From contig OZ242005.1 of NCBI GenBank assembly GCA_965204725.1, positions 4,288,001 to 4,352,000 of the forward strand: a stretch of DNA of 64,000 bases, written 5' to 3'. Within the stretch, counting starts at the first letter, position 1, and the number at the start of each line of letters is the position of its first letter. Below are positions 17,130 through 26,185 of this stretch, piece by piece. The translations under genes were made by a program, and so were the position numbers. A model generated the notes under the pieces. That model was not told the origin of the DNA. It saw only the letters and a list, made by a program, of their open reading frames with translations, and did no database searches. This DNA is from Candidatus Latescibacterota bacterium (GTDB taxonomy: Bacteria; Latescibacterota; UBA2968; UBA8231).

Positions 17130-19910
17130 CTAGTAGGCGACGCGCACCAATCGATGGACCGAGGTTTTCTTCTCGGATGTCGAATCCACTTTTAGGTCGA
17201 TGCGCATCAGATAGATCCCCGGTGGCACGACCGCTCCCGACGGGTCGACGCCCGTCCACGTCACCGTATGACGGCCGGCCGTTATGGTCGTCTCGGCTAT
17301 GCGCACCACCGGTCGGCCGGCTAGATCGTACACGTCCACTTGGACCGGTGCCGAACTGAGCACTCGCAGCAGCGAAAAACGGACCTCCAGCTCGTCGTTG
17401 ACGCCGTCGCCATTGGGCGTGAAAACGCGATCGACCTGTAGATCCCCCAGCAACTCGCCGCGCTCCAGTGCCAACACCACCGTCGTCTCGCTGTCCACAA
17501 CCCCGTTGGCATCGCCGTCATCCACCCGCTGCCACGAGTTGGCGAACGCCGAGTGCCCCGTGGAGCCGATGAAAAACGTGTTGTACCCAAATATGGTCGC
17601 CTCGAACTGAAGCTCCACCAGCGCGGAGCCACTCGTCGTCTTAATCGCAGCCGGCAGCCGCACCCACAGCGAATCCGTCTCCATCACCACCTCGAACCCC
17701 TCGCTCTCCGCCGAATACGTCACGGCGTCCTGCCCCGTCACGGCTACATTCACCTGTTTCAGCGTCATATCAACGCCGTCGGGTGCCTCGATAAGGATCT
17801 CGTCGAACCCCCTACTGCTCGCCTTGAAGGTCGAACGGATGAAATACGATAGCTGCTGCTTCGCGCCGATCTCCTCCAGACGCGAGGGCAGTATCTCGCC
17901 CACGATCGCGCCGGCCACCGGCGTCACGAAGTTCAGTGCCACCGAACGCAGCGTGGCCGCCGCCTTGGGGTCTTCTGTCAGGAAGATCGCCCGGATGGCG
18001 GCGAACCGTCTGGGACTGGGCGAGGTAATTTTTGCGCCTGAATCGAAGTAAGGCTGACTCCAGCCGCTCCAGTCATTGCCCGGGCGCGTCTCGGTTATGA
18101 CCGGCCCTACCGAAGCATCCCCGAAGAACTTCTTATCCGTCTCGTAGGCGTTGGCCGCCTCCTCTTCGGTGCCCGGGTACAAATCCCCGTTCTTCTTGTA
18201 GTAGCGGGTTATGCTCTCGACCGTATCGCCGGTTCGGGTTTGCAAAATTATATTCGCACCCGGCGGCACATCGGCCTCCCACTTGATGGAAGCTAGGTTC
18301 CTAGGGGTCCGCGCCACCTCTATGAACGGGGCCTCCCCGCCGAACTCAGACGAGATCTGCGCCTCCGGCAGGAAGCCTTCCCCGAAAAACTGGACCTCCG
18401 ACACCCCGTGACTCCCTTGCCCGGGCTCGTACGTGGAGCGGTCGTGGAGCCTATAGGTAAAGGCAAAATGCTCGACCTTCGTGAGCGGGAACTTGAAGTC
18501 GTGGAAATTCTGCCCCCGCACGATGTCGCTGAGCGACCCCACCGTCTTCCAGGCCAGTTCGCCGCCGGCATTGGTGGAGCCGTCCGAGAGTTGAATGCGG
18601 TAGGCTCTGAACGGAGGTGGGTTGGGGAGGGCGTGGAGTATTCTGATATTGTCCACAAAGTAGGAGCCTCCGAGATCTATGAACATCGAGCGCTCCGCAT
18701 CCCGCGGATCCGCAATCGGCAACTTGTTGGGATCGTAACTCCCGTTGGCAGACCAGAACACGACCTCGCCGAAGAGGTCTCCATCTACCACGGCCGCCCC
18801 CTTGTTGATATTCTCCTGGGCGCTCACCCTGCCGCCCCGCTCCAGTACGCCCGTGCCGATGTTGTCGCCGATGGTCCAGACCTCGATCTCGGCCAGCCTC
18901 GGCATTTCGCGGCGGTAGTAGATTATCGGCCCCTGCCGCTCTGTGCCCGCCAGAGCTTCCCAATCCTCTTTCCCATCCAGCAACCTCACCTCCCCCGACA
19001 CTTCTCGCCGGAAGTGATCTATCTCTCCCTGTTGGTCGGCTGGCAGACCGTCGTATTCGGACTGAGAAACCTGCCTCGCCCTGCCGAAGTCGCTGTCCGT
19101 GATCCCCACCCCGACGTATTGGATGACGTCGCCGGTGAAGTCGCCCAGTGCATCGGGCCACTTCGTCGGTAGCTGTTTGGTCAGATCGATCTCGAAAACC
19201 CGCTCGTTCTTGATCGGTTTGTCCGTGGTAAAGCGCGTTCGGAAAAGGAGCTGACCGAGCGTTTTCTGTCCCTGTGAAGTGATCACCTTGAACTGAAGAA
19301 AAGGGTCTCCCAGATCTTCACCGACAAACTTGAGGACGATCTTGGTGGCCGATACCGTCCGCCCCAGATCGATCTGCACCCACCAGTCCTGCAACAGGTC
19401 GGAGGGGTCCGGTTCCCAGAAGGTGTCCATCCTGCCATCCATGAGGTCGATGCCGCTCGAGCGATTGGATCCGGCATTCAACACACCGCCGCCGAAATCG
19501 ACGGCATTGAGAGCGGCGTTGATGCCGGGAACCACCACTTCCTCGCCATCTATTTCCAGTCTCGTGTGCTTGCGGATGAAGGCGGGTTTCACTCCCTCAT
19601 CGCTGATCTGGACCGTGTTGGCAGCGGAGTGCCAGCGTTCCCAATGCGCCTTGGAATCGACGACTACTCTGCCTGACTGTAGCGAATACCCCTCCTGTCC
19701 CCAGCACGGACATACCGCCGACAACGTCAACGCGGAACAGACGAGTGCCGCGCGGAGGGGGTCCGTTAGCCGTTGAGCGCCGATCCATCCCCGCTCGCGG
19801 TGTTTCCTACCTACGCCGTGCGGCACTCGGGTTCTCGTCGAGTTCAGCGATAGCGCCGTTGAGCGCACTTCGTTCTCCTTATCTTGCTCCCGAGCTTGCG
19901 CCCCGCTCAT
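17130..19910 (-). CDS. Secreted protein with two discoidin-like domains and FlgD-Ig/CHU_C-like tail (paralogue 3); start uncertain
   Basis: 'LMDG...T.W.P...WWVQIDLGR.V'; 'VFTPNGDGVND...VYDLAGR.V...WTG.D..G.VVPPGIYL...VRVAY'; the hydrophobic signal segment lies about 50 aa into the ORF, so the true start may be downstream. Confidence 0.8.
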   Translation of the reverse strand: MSGAQAREQDKENEVRSTALSLNSTRTRVPHGVGRKHRERGWIGAQRLTDPLRAALVCSALTLSAVCPCWGQEGYSLQSGRVVVDSKAHWERWHSAANTVQISDEGVKPAFIRKHTRLEIDGEEVVVPGINAALNAVDFGGGVLNAGSNRSSGIDLMDGRMDTFWEPDPSDLLQDWWVQIDLGRTVSATKIVLKFVGEDLGDPFLQFKVITSQGQKTLGQLLFRTRFTTDKPIKNERVFEIDLTKQLPTKWPDALGDFTGDVIQYVGVGITDSDFGRARQVSQSEYDGLPADQQGEIDHFRREVSGEVRLLDGKEDWEALAGTERQGPIIYYRREMPRLAEIEVWTIGDNIGTGVLERGGRVSAQENINKGAAVVDGDLFGEVVFWSANGSYDPNKLPIADPRDAERSMFIDLGGSYFVDNIRILHALPNPPPFRAYRIQLSDGSTNAGGELAWKTVGSLSDIVRGQNFHDFKFPLTKVEHFAFTYRLHDRSTYEPGQGSHGVSEVQFFGEGFLPEAQISSEFGGEAPFIEVARTPRNLASIKWEADVPPGANIILQTRTGDTVESITRYYKKNGDLYPGTEEEAANAYETDKKFFGDASVGPVITETRPGNDWSGWSQPYFDSGAKITSPSPRRFAAIRAIFLTEDPKAAATLRSVALNFVTPVAGAIVGEILPSRLEEIGAKQQLSYFIRSTFKASSRGFDEILIEAPDGVDMTLKQVNVAVTGQDAVTYSAESEGFEVVMETDSLWVRLPAAIKTTSGSALVELQFEATIFGYNTFFIGSTGHSAFANSWQRVDDGDANGVVDSETTVVLALERGELLGDLQVDRVFTPNGDGVNDELEVRFSLLRVLSSAPVQVDVYDLAGRPVVRIAETTITAGRHTVTWTGVDPSGAVVPPGIYLMRIDLKVDSTSEKKTSVHRLVRVAY

Positions 19911-19933
19911 GTCGGAAACGCCGTTGAGTGCCG

Positions 19934-19973
19934 AAAAAAGGGGGGGCGAGGATCAACGATCTCGCCCCCCCTT
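19934..19973 (-). terminator. Intrinsic terminator after the WGRIK-tail gene
   Basis: On the - strand: GGGGGGGCGAG stem / CTCGCCCCCCC followed by TTTTTT. Confidence 0.85.
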
Positions 19974-20014
19974 CAACAACAGCTGTCTTGGGTCCTTACA
20001 GCCGACCTTTCCCC

Positions 20015-20929
20015 CTATTTGGAGAAGCCCGCCTTAATGCGGCCCCAACTGTCGTCCTCGACCGATGTGTCGTCGGAGTCGGGCACCCAGTTGTTTGCGT
20101 CAAAACCAAGTAGCACGTAATCTACCAAGGAGTCGGCGTTGAAGTACATGTTGATGTCGCCAGTGGAGACCCAGTAGCCGTTGTACGAATTGCCTGGGCC
20201 GTTGTCATCGTCCTGAATGGCCATGCCGATGCCCATGACTTGGCCTTCCTGCAAGTCGTGAATTTTCAGGTCGGGATCGTCGGGACCGGTCGAACTGGCA
20301 GGCAGGTCGTCGAAGGTGGTGAACCAACTCTCCTGAAAGAGGGTGGCGGGTCCACCGGCCTCGCCCTCGACGTTCCATCTGATGCCGGCGTAAGGCTCCA
20401 CGGAAGCCCATACTCCGCCGCCCCACAACCACAACTGAGCCTCCTGATGGAGCGACTGCTGCCAGTCCTGCGCGGCGGCCCCGGCCCATCGCTCTGGATC
20501 TAGGTCGATAGATTCCACGCCTTGGAACTGCCCGCCGCTGTGGTCGGCATCGAGCACGAGCTCGAGTTTGTCGTTGGTGTCTTCGATGGTGCCGTACCAG
20601 AGGTCGTCGAACCTTTCCTCCATGACGTACACAAGGTTGGTCTCTGGGCTCCAGCCGACGATGAGGCGCTCGGCGAGATTGCCCGGATCGGGGTCACCTT
20701 GGGTGCCCGTGACGACCTCGATGAGGTCATTGTGGGTTACCCAGAAGACAGACGGTACGTTGTCCCAATCGCCGAGATCTCCGTCCATCACGACGTTCCT
20801 GACTCCATCGACATCGATGGGCACCTGTACCGCCGCCCAGTTCCGGTCTGTCCGCTGGTGGGCCGAACTCGGAGTAAAGGAGGCGAGGACGAGGCCCAAA
20901 ACGGCAGCTATGATGATAATTTTTTTCAC
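20015..20929 (-). CDS. Secreted CBM9/DOMON-like protein with C-terminal 'TSVEDDSWGRIKA' tail
   Basis: GTG start with RBS GAAAGGAG; signal peptide KKIIIIAAVLGLVLASFTPSSA; 'MDGDLGDW','VGWS','DADHSGG' shared with 4639-5709. Confidence 0.8.
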   Translation of the reverse strand: MKKIIIIAAVLGLVLASFTPSSAHQRTDRNWAAVQVPIDVDGVRNVVMDGDLGDWDNVPSVFWVTHNDLIEVVTGTQGDPDPGNLAERLIVGWSPETNLVYVMEERFDDLWYGTIEDTNDKLELVLDADHSGGQFQGVESIDLDPERWAGAAAQDWQQSLHQEAQLWLWGGGVWASVEPYAGIRWNVEGEAGGPATLFQESWFTTFDDLPASSTGPDDPDLKIHDLQEGQVMGIGMAIQDDDNGPGNSYNGYWVSTGDINMYFNADSLVDYVLLGFDANNWVPDSDDTSVEDDSWGRIKAGFSK

Positions 20930-21178
20930 TGTTGCTTCTCCTTTCATCATGTAGAATGATGACTGCTACTACTGCGTTGATTGTATGAAATGAGGACTTT
21001 TCCCTTGAACTGAACACCTCCTTTCATCGCATCAATATGGAAATTGCAAGAGCAATTCGGCGTTAATATGGGGAATTATGCCCGGAGATACAAGGAAAAT
21101 CGAGGGTATCCATTTAACCGGACTTGGGGTATCTTATGAAGGACTTCCTCACTTGGGTAGTTCTTGCTTAAGGCGTAG

Positions 21179-22657
21179 ATGATGCAGACACAAACGGGAC
21201 AAACCATTAAATGGTCTAGAAAAACCATCATATTCATCGACATCCTTTTGGTTCTTATCCCCCTTCTACTGCTCATAGGACTAGAGCTCTATTTGCGCCA
21301 TATTCATTACGGCCTCGATGACAGGCTATTTATCCCTATGCCTGATACTCAGTATGACCTCGATGATAGGTCACACATCCCTCAAAGCTCTTCTTTTACT
21401 TACCAACTCAATCAGGAGTTGTACCGAAAGTATTATTTAACAAATAATCCAATGCTCAAACATCTAATGCCTAAGATAAGCATGAAACAGCAGAAATTTG
21501 AAAAGGATTTTCGCATCTTTTGCCTCGGGGGATCAACGACGAGAGGGCCGTTTCCCACGCTACTTCACGAATTATTAAAACGTTCTAAAGTGGATAAAAC
21601 GGTAGAAGTGATTAACTTGGGAATAGATACCTTTAATAGTTATCAGGTTCTCGACATCACGAAAAAACTTCCTCAGTATGATCCCGACCTTTTGATCATT
21701 TATATGGGACATAACGAAATTTATGGACCAGTTGGCGTGGCATCGAATGTGGCATTGGGCACGTCCCGAGGAGTAATCAATCTGATTTTACGATTACGCG
21801 AAATTAAGATATTTCAGCTAGCAAACAACTTTTACTTAAAATTAAAAACACCTTCCAATCGATTTGAAAAGGAAAGATCGCCATATAAAATGATGGTAAA
21901 CAGTTCCCTTGCTCCTCGTCATCCTCTACGGGGACAAGCCATTGAGAATTTTAGGGGAAATCTACATGAAATTATTTCTATTGCAAAGCACCATCAAATC
22001 CCTGTGATTTTAGGGACGATCGTTTCCAACCTTCGAGATTGGCGTCCATTTGATTCAGAACCTCCGCCATCTTCCCTCGATGTTACCCAATGGCAACAGT
22101 TATTAAAGAATGGTAAGGCTGCATTTGAACAAGATCATCTAAAAGAGGCGGAACATATCTACCAGACAGCAGTTGAACTTTTCCCAGATCATGCCCAAAC
22201 TCATTTTGATCTGGGTCATGTTTACCTTGCCCAAGGACATCGAGATAAAGCTAAACGATCCTTCACAAGAGCAAGAGACTTGGATATTTTACCGATCAGA
22301 GCCCCATCAGAGGTAAACGAAACCATAAAAAATGTTGCCAAGGAAACAGACGTCATATTAGCAGACCTTGAAACCGTATTCCAAGATTGCGATCCCAAGA
22401 GTGTGATTGGCAAACCAATGATTGTTGAACACCTGCATCCTTCAAATGAAGGATATTATTTGATCGCAAGCCACCTGACCCACATCATTCTTAAAGAAGG
22501 GTTTTTGACGGCGAGCAAAAAATTGGATTTTGATGATCTATCGTTAAAAAGAAAACTGGCTATAGGGAAACTGGATAAAGGTGCCCTTGTTCGACTCAGA
22601 CGTATGTTAAGGATATGGCCATTTAACATCAACAATGAAAGTTATCATTATCCTTGA
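21179..22657 (+). CDS. SGNH/GDSL-like hydrolase with TPR insertion, membrane anchored; low-GC gene
   Basis: 'FCLGGSTT','VINLG','YMGHNE','EHLHPS' blocks; TPR 'PDHAQTHFDLGHVY'; visibly AT-rich compared with the flanks. Confidence 0.85.
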   Translation: MMQTQTGQTIKWSRKTIIFIDILLVLIPLLLLIGLELYLRHIHYGLDDRLFIPMPDTQYDLDDRSHIPQSSSFTYQLNQELYRKYYLTNNPMLKHLMPKISMKQQKFEKDFRIFCLGGSTTRGPFPTLLHELLKRSKVDKTVEVINLGIDTFNSYQVLDITKKLPQYDPDLLIIYMGHNEIYGPVGVASNVALGTSRGVINLILRLREIKIFQLANNFYLKLKTPSNRFEKERSPYKMMVNSSLAPRHPLRGQAIENFRGNLHEIISIAKHHQIPVILGTIVSNLRDWRPFDSEPPPSSLDVTQWQQLLKNGKAAFEQDHLKEAEHIYQTAVELFPDHAQTHFDLGHVYLAQGHRDKAKRSFTRARDLDILPIRAPSEVNETIKNVAKETDVILADLETVFQDCDPKSVIGKPMIVEHLHPSNEGYYLIASHLTHIILKEGFLTASKKLDFDDLSLKRKLAIGKLDKGALVRLRRMLRIWPFNINNESYHYP

Positions 22658-22714
22658 ACTTAAAAGGAAGTCACAGAAGACCTGCATCGCCGCCGATCGT
22701 GTTGGCCTCTTTTC

Positions 22715-24166
22715 TCAGACAGGTAGCCGCGTGAACTGTAGGCTGTACAGGTCGGCGTCGCTGAGGACGAAGTGCAGGCGCACCGGTTTGTCGGCCAAGC
22801 CGCGGAGGTCGACTTGGCCCTTCCAAGTGACCATGCGGTCTAGGGAGTCGCCGTAGATCTCGTCGCAGTCGCGCAGAGTGTACCCCTTCAGTGCCTTGCC
22901 GTCGCCATCTTGGATCTCGACGCGCACCGAGCCGACAGCGGAAGTGCCTACGTTCAGGCTCAGGGCACCGCCCTTGAAGGTAAAGGGCCGCGTGATTAAC
23001 TCGCCCCCCTTCAGCGGCGCGTTGGCGGACACGAAGCCATCCACGCGCACCGTGAAGCGCCGCAGCCGGGCGGCTTGGCTGCCGTAGTACCCCTCGGAGG
23101 TAAAGATCGACAGTTCCTTCGGTGCTGTAGGAAGATCGCTGACCGTCTCCAGAATGCCCCAAGCGGTCATGTTGTTGCGAGTTTCCCAGCACTCTGGCTG
23201 TAGGCCGGGCCGCACGAGGGCCTCGCCCCAGCGCTTGAAGTGCAGGCCGTCGCGGCTGGTCATGTACACGCCGTCCGATACGCCGCCGCCCCGGTTGCCG
23301 GACATGTAGCGATCCGGCGACAGGCGCTTGGGGAAGCCCATGTAGATGTGCGGGGCCCGGTAGTAGGGCGTCACCGCGTTCGTGTAGAGATGCTCTAGGG
23401 GCGCGTCGCCGAAGTCGAGCAATTGTGGCTTCGTCCAACGGCGGAAGTCCGTTGAGGTGCAGGTCATGATCTGGCGAAAGCGCACGCCGCCGGGGTAGAT
23501 GGAGTCTCGGTAGTATCCGACGTAGCAGCCGCGCAGCGGGTCGTAGAAGGCCAGGTTCTGCGAATCGAAAACATTGGCCCCCACGGTGTGGTCCATCACC
23601 GGTTTCTCCGACAACAAGCTCCAATGCACGCCGTCCGGCGATTTGAAGGCGAAGAGGGCCTGCTCTTCGTGGTTGCGTGCGCTCGGGCTGCCTAGGGCCT
23701 TGTACTCCTCGCCCTCCCGGCAGTTCGGGTTGCGGTCACGGAAGGGCGTGAAATTGAGCGAGCCGACGCCGTCCCAGATGATGTTGTTGCGCGTCGATCC
23801 CTTATAGTTCACGAGGCCCAACTCCGGCCGGTCCCACTTGATGCCGTCGCGGCTTTCGGCGTAGCACACCACCGGCTCGTAGGTCCCGGACGAGTCATAG
23901 TGGGCACCGCGGTAGTAAGCGCGGAACAGATTGCCGTCTTGGAACACCGTGTAGTAGCCGCAGGTGTTGCCCTCCCACGGTACGTCGTGGTTGATTGCCA
24001 CGTTCCGCGGTACCGGCTTCTGCAGGCGCAGCTCGACGCCGCGCAGCCGTTCGATCAGGTAGTCGTCGACGAACAGTTCGCGCCTGTCGCCCAGCTCAAT
24101 GACATCCGCCGGGGCGATGCGGGCGGTCTTTCTCTTCGTCGGCTTCGCTCTCTTCCTCTCGGCCAT
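22715..24166 (-). CDS. Cytoplasmic five-bladed beta-propeller glycoside-hydrolase-like protein
   Basis: 'RELFVDDYLI','YAESRDGIKW.RP.LG','SPDGVHW','FDSQN','SRDG.HF.R','R.DGFVS','DADLYS'; RBS AAAGGAG. Confidence 0.8.
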   Translation of the reverse strand: MAERKRAKPTKRKTARIAPADVIELGDRRELFVDDYLIERLRGVELRLQKPVPRNVAINHDVPWEGNTCGYYTVFQDGNLFRAYYRGAHYDSSGTYEPVVCYAESRDGIKWDRPELGLVNYKGSTRNNIIWDGVGSLNFTPFRDRNPNCREGEEYKALGSPSARNHEEQALFAFKSPDGVHWSLLSEKPVMDHTVGANVFDSQNLAFYDPLRGCYVGYYRDSIYPGGVRFRQIMTCTSTDFRRWTKPQLLDFGDAPLEHLYTNAVTPYYRAPHIYMGFPKRLSPDRYMSGNRGGGVSDGVYMTSRDGLHFKRWGEALVRPGLQPECWETRNNMTAWGILETVSDLPTAPKELSIFTSEGYYGSQAARLRRFTVRVDGFVSANAPLKGGELITRPFTFKGGALSLNVGTSAVGSVRVEIQDGDGKALKGYTLRDCDEIYGDSLDRMVTWKGQVDLRGLADKPVRLHFVLSDADLYSLQFTRLPV

Positions 24167-24196
24167 TTCCGGTCTCCTTTCTGTATTGCGGCCCAC

Positions 24197-26185
24197 TCAG
24201 ACTTGGGTCAGGAAGCTACCTGTGTGGCCGGTGGCGTAGTCGATGAGCACAAACACCCCAGCGGCGACGATTTCGCCCAAGATCAGGCCCAAGAAGAAGG
24301 GCCGCAGGTTGCGGTAGAGGCGCACTCCACCGTAGCGCAGGATCACCAGCTTTAGGAACCAAGCTAGCAGAGCACTGCAAAAGATGTGGCCCGTCTTCCA
24401 ATTGGCGGCGATCGTGAATCCGAGCGGGTTGAGGGGCCACCACAGGAAGTGGTGGCGCGCCCACATGAGTGCTGCCATCACGCCCGCCCCGATGCCCATG
24501 AACTGATAGGCGTCCCAGCGCGGGCCTTCGGGTTCGGCGGCAATGCGTGGAGCCATGTCCATGGGTCCGAAGTGGGTGGACTGCCAGGAGAAGAACAGGG
24601 GGTTGAGGTTGATGCCGCCGTGCTCGTACGCCATGACCAAGGTGACGTAGGAGGAGCCCGCTAGGCTGACTAGGATGGCCAGGACAATGGCCCAAAACAG
24701 CCGATGCTTCTGGCCGCGGATCATTTCGCTCATCTTCAGCCCGTTGGCGACCGAGGCCATCACAAAGGAGCGGACCTCGGCGTGCCAGCCGTAGGAGAAG
24801 CCGAGTGCCACCAGACCTTGGGTGCCGATGGAGGAGGTGCCGACCGCGGAGATCACGAAGGTCGAGGTCATCAGGGGCGGACGCATGGCTGGGATGCCGC
24901 CCTCGGCGACGACCCGCGTCAGTGCCATGAACAGGATCATGGCGCCGAAGACGAACAGCAGGGCCACCGGGAAGGGCAGGCCGATCATCCACAGCCAGAC
25001 AGCGACGGTCAGCAGGCCGGCGAGCAACCCGAAAAACGCCTGCCGGTAGGAGAGAATCTCGCCGCTATCATCGATCGCCCGCAGCCCGACGACGGCCTTC
25101 GTCACTACATCGCGCAGGTGCCGGCGCGCCACCCACAGCCCAACGACGACGAAGGCGATCATCGCCCCGAGACCTTGGTGGGCTAGGAAGGGATCTTCTG
25201 AATAGAAGTCGATCTGCTGGGTGCTTTGCACACCGATCGTATTGAAGATGCCCCGCTGTAGCCTGACGAGGACGTAGAAAACCCAGATCGAGGCCGAGAT
25301 GTCGAGGTTGACGAAATAAAAGAACCCGGTCCAGGGCGGGCTGAACCAGAAGCTGAGCCAAGTGTTGCCGAACAAGGGTACGCCCACGGTGCGCTCGAAG
25401 TGGGGAAACTCTGGATAGTAGGAGTGTACGCCGTTGATGCTCAACAGCAGGAAGGAGACGGCAAAGCCCAGCCACATGGCCTTGTTGGTGAAGAACGAGC
25501 GGCCCACGACACCGCCTTCTTCCTGCCGGATCATCTCCATCGGCACCTGCACCAGCGCGTAGCTGAGTTTCTCGTTGTCGACCCACTGCTTGCGCAGAAT
25601 GACCATCGCGCAGATCATCGCGAAGGCAAGGGCAAGGAAGAAGCCGAACCACAGGCTCAGCGGCCCAACCCAGGCACTCCATGGGATCGAGATGCCCTCG
25701 GGCAGCCCCTCAAAAAAATAGCGGCCCACATTCTCGCCGCGCGGGATCATCCACTGGGGGATGTATTGATTGTAGAGGGAATCCCAGTTGTTCTCGGGGG
25801 TGGCATAGTAGGTCGAACCAAGGAGGCAGGGGATCATGAACTGGGTGAAGCCCATGCCGGGGATGCAGCAGGCCACTACCAGCATGATGTAGATGGTGAT
25901 CAGTTCCGCCCGGGTCAGTGCCAACCATCGGTGGAGGAGGCCGACCACAGCGCTGGCCAAGACGAGGAAGAAAAATAAGAAGAGGGCGGCCGGGGTGCTG
26001 AAGTTGAGGGTCAGGTAGGAACCTTGGATCGCATTGGTCGCGTAGGTATCGCAGATGTTGAGCACTAGAGCCAACACCGCCCCGATGAGGATGCCCCGCA
26101 GCGGGATCCCCTGTAGATCCCGCGCCTGCTGTCGGTCTCCCTGTGGAGACGCCGTCATCGGGGGCGTGGCTGGTGGTGCGTCCAT
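24197..26185 (-). CDS. Polytopic membrane protein, DUF6785/DUF6784 (OPT-like peptide/solute transporter)
   Basis: Many TM segments; 'ELITIY','YYATPEN.W','ILRKQWVDNEKL.Y.L','RVVAEGG','WWPLNPLG','RYGG..LY....PFFLGLILG'. Confidence 0.85.
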   Translation of the reverse strand: MDAPPATPPMTASPQGDRQQARDLQGIPLRGILIGAVLALVLNICDTYATNAIQGSYLTLNFSTPAALFLFFFLVLASAVVGLLHRWLALTRAELITIYIMLVVACCIPGMGFTQFMIPCLLGSTYYATPENNWDSLYNQYIPQWMIPRGENVGRYFFEGLPEGISIPWSAWVGPLSLWFGFFLALAFAMICAMVILRKQWVDNEKLSYALVQVPMEMIRQEEGGVVGRSFFTNKAMWLGFAVSFLLLSINGVHSYYPEFPHFERTVGVPLFGNTWLSFWFSPPWTGFFYFVNLDISASIWVFYVLVRLQRGIFNTIGVQSTQQIDFYSEDPFLAHQGLGAMIAFVVVGLWVARRHLRDVVTKAVVGLRAIDDSGEILSYRQAFFGLLAGLLTVAVWLWMIGLPFPVALLFVFGAMILFMALTRVVAEGGIPAMRPPLMTSTFVISAVGTSSIGTQGLVALGFSYGWHAEVRSFVMASVANGLKMSEMIRGQKHRLFWAIVLAILVSLAGSSYVTLVMAYEHGGINLNPLFFSWQSTHFGPMDMAPRIAAEPEGPRWDAYQFMGIGAGVMAALMWARHHFLWWPLNPLGFTIAANWKTGHIFCSALLAWFLKLVILRYGGVRLYRNLRPFFLGLILGEIVAAGVFVLIDYATGHTGSFLTQV

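Noticed and set aside
21003-22660. 9-bp direct repeat CCTTGAACT flanking the low-GC gene as a target-site duplication
   Set aside because: The right copy overlaps the gene's own stop codon and the left copy lies in the probable leader of the neighbouring operon; there are no terminal inverted repeats, so chance is likely
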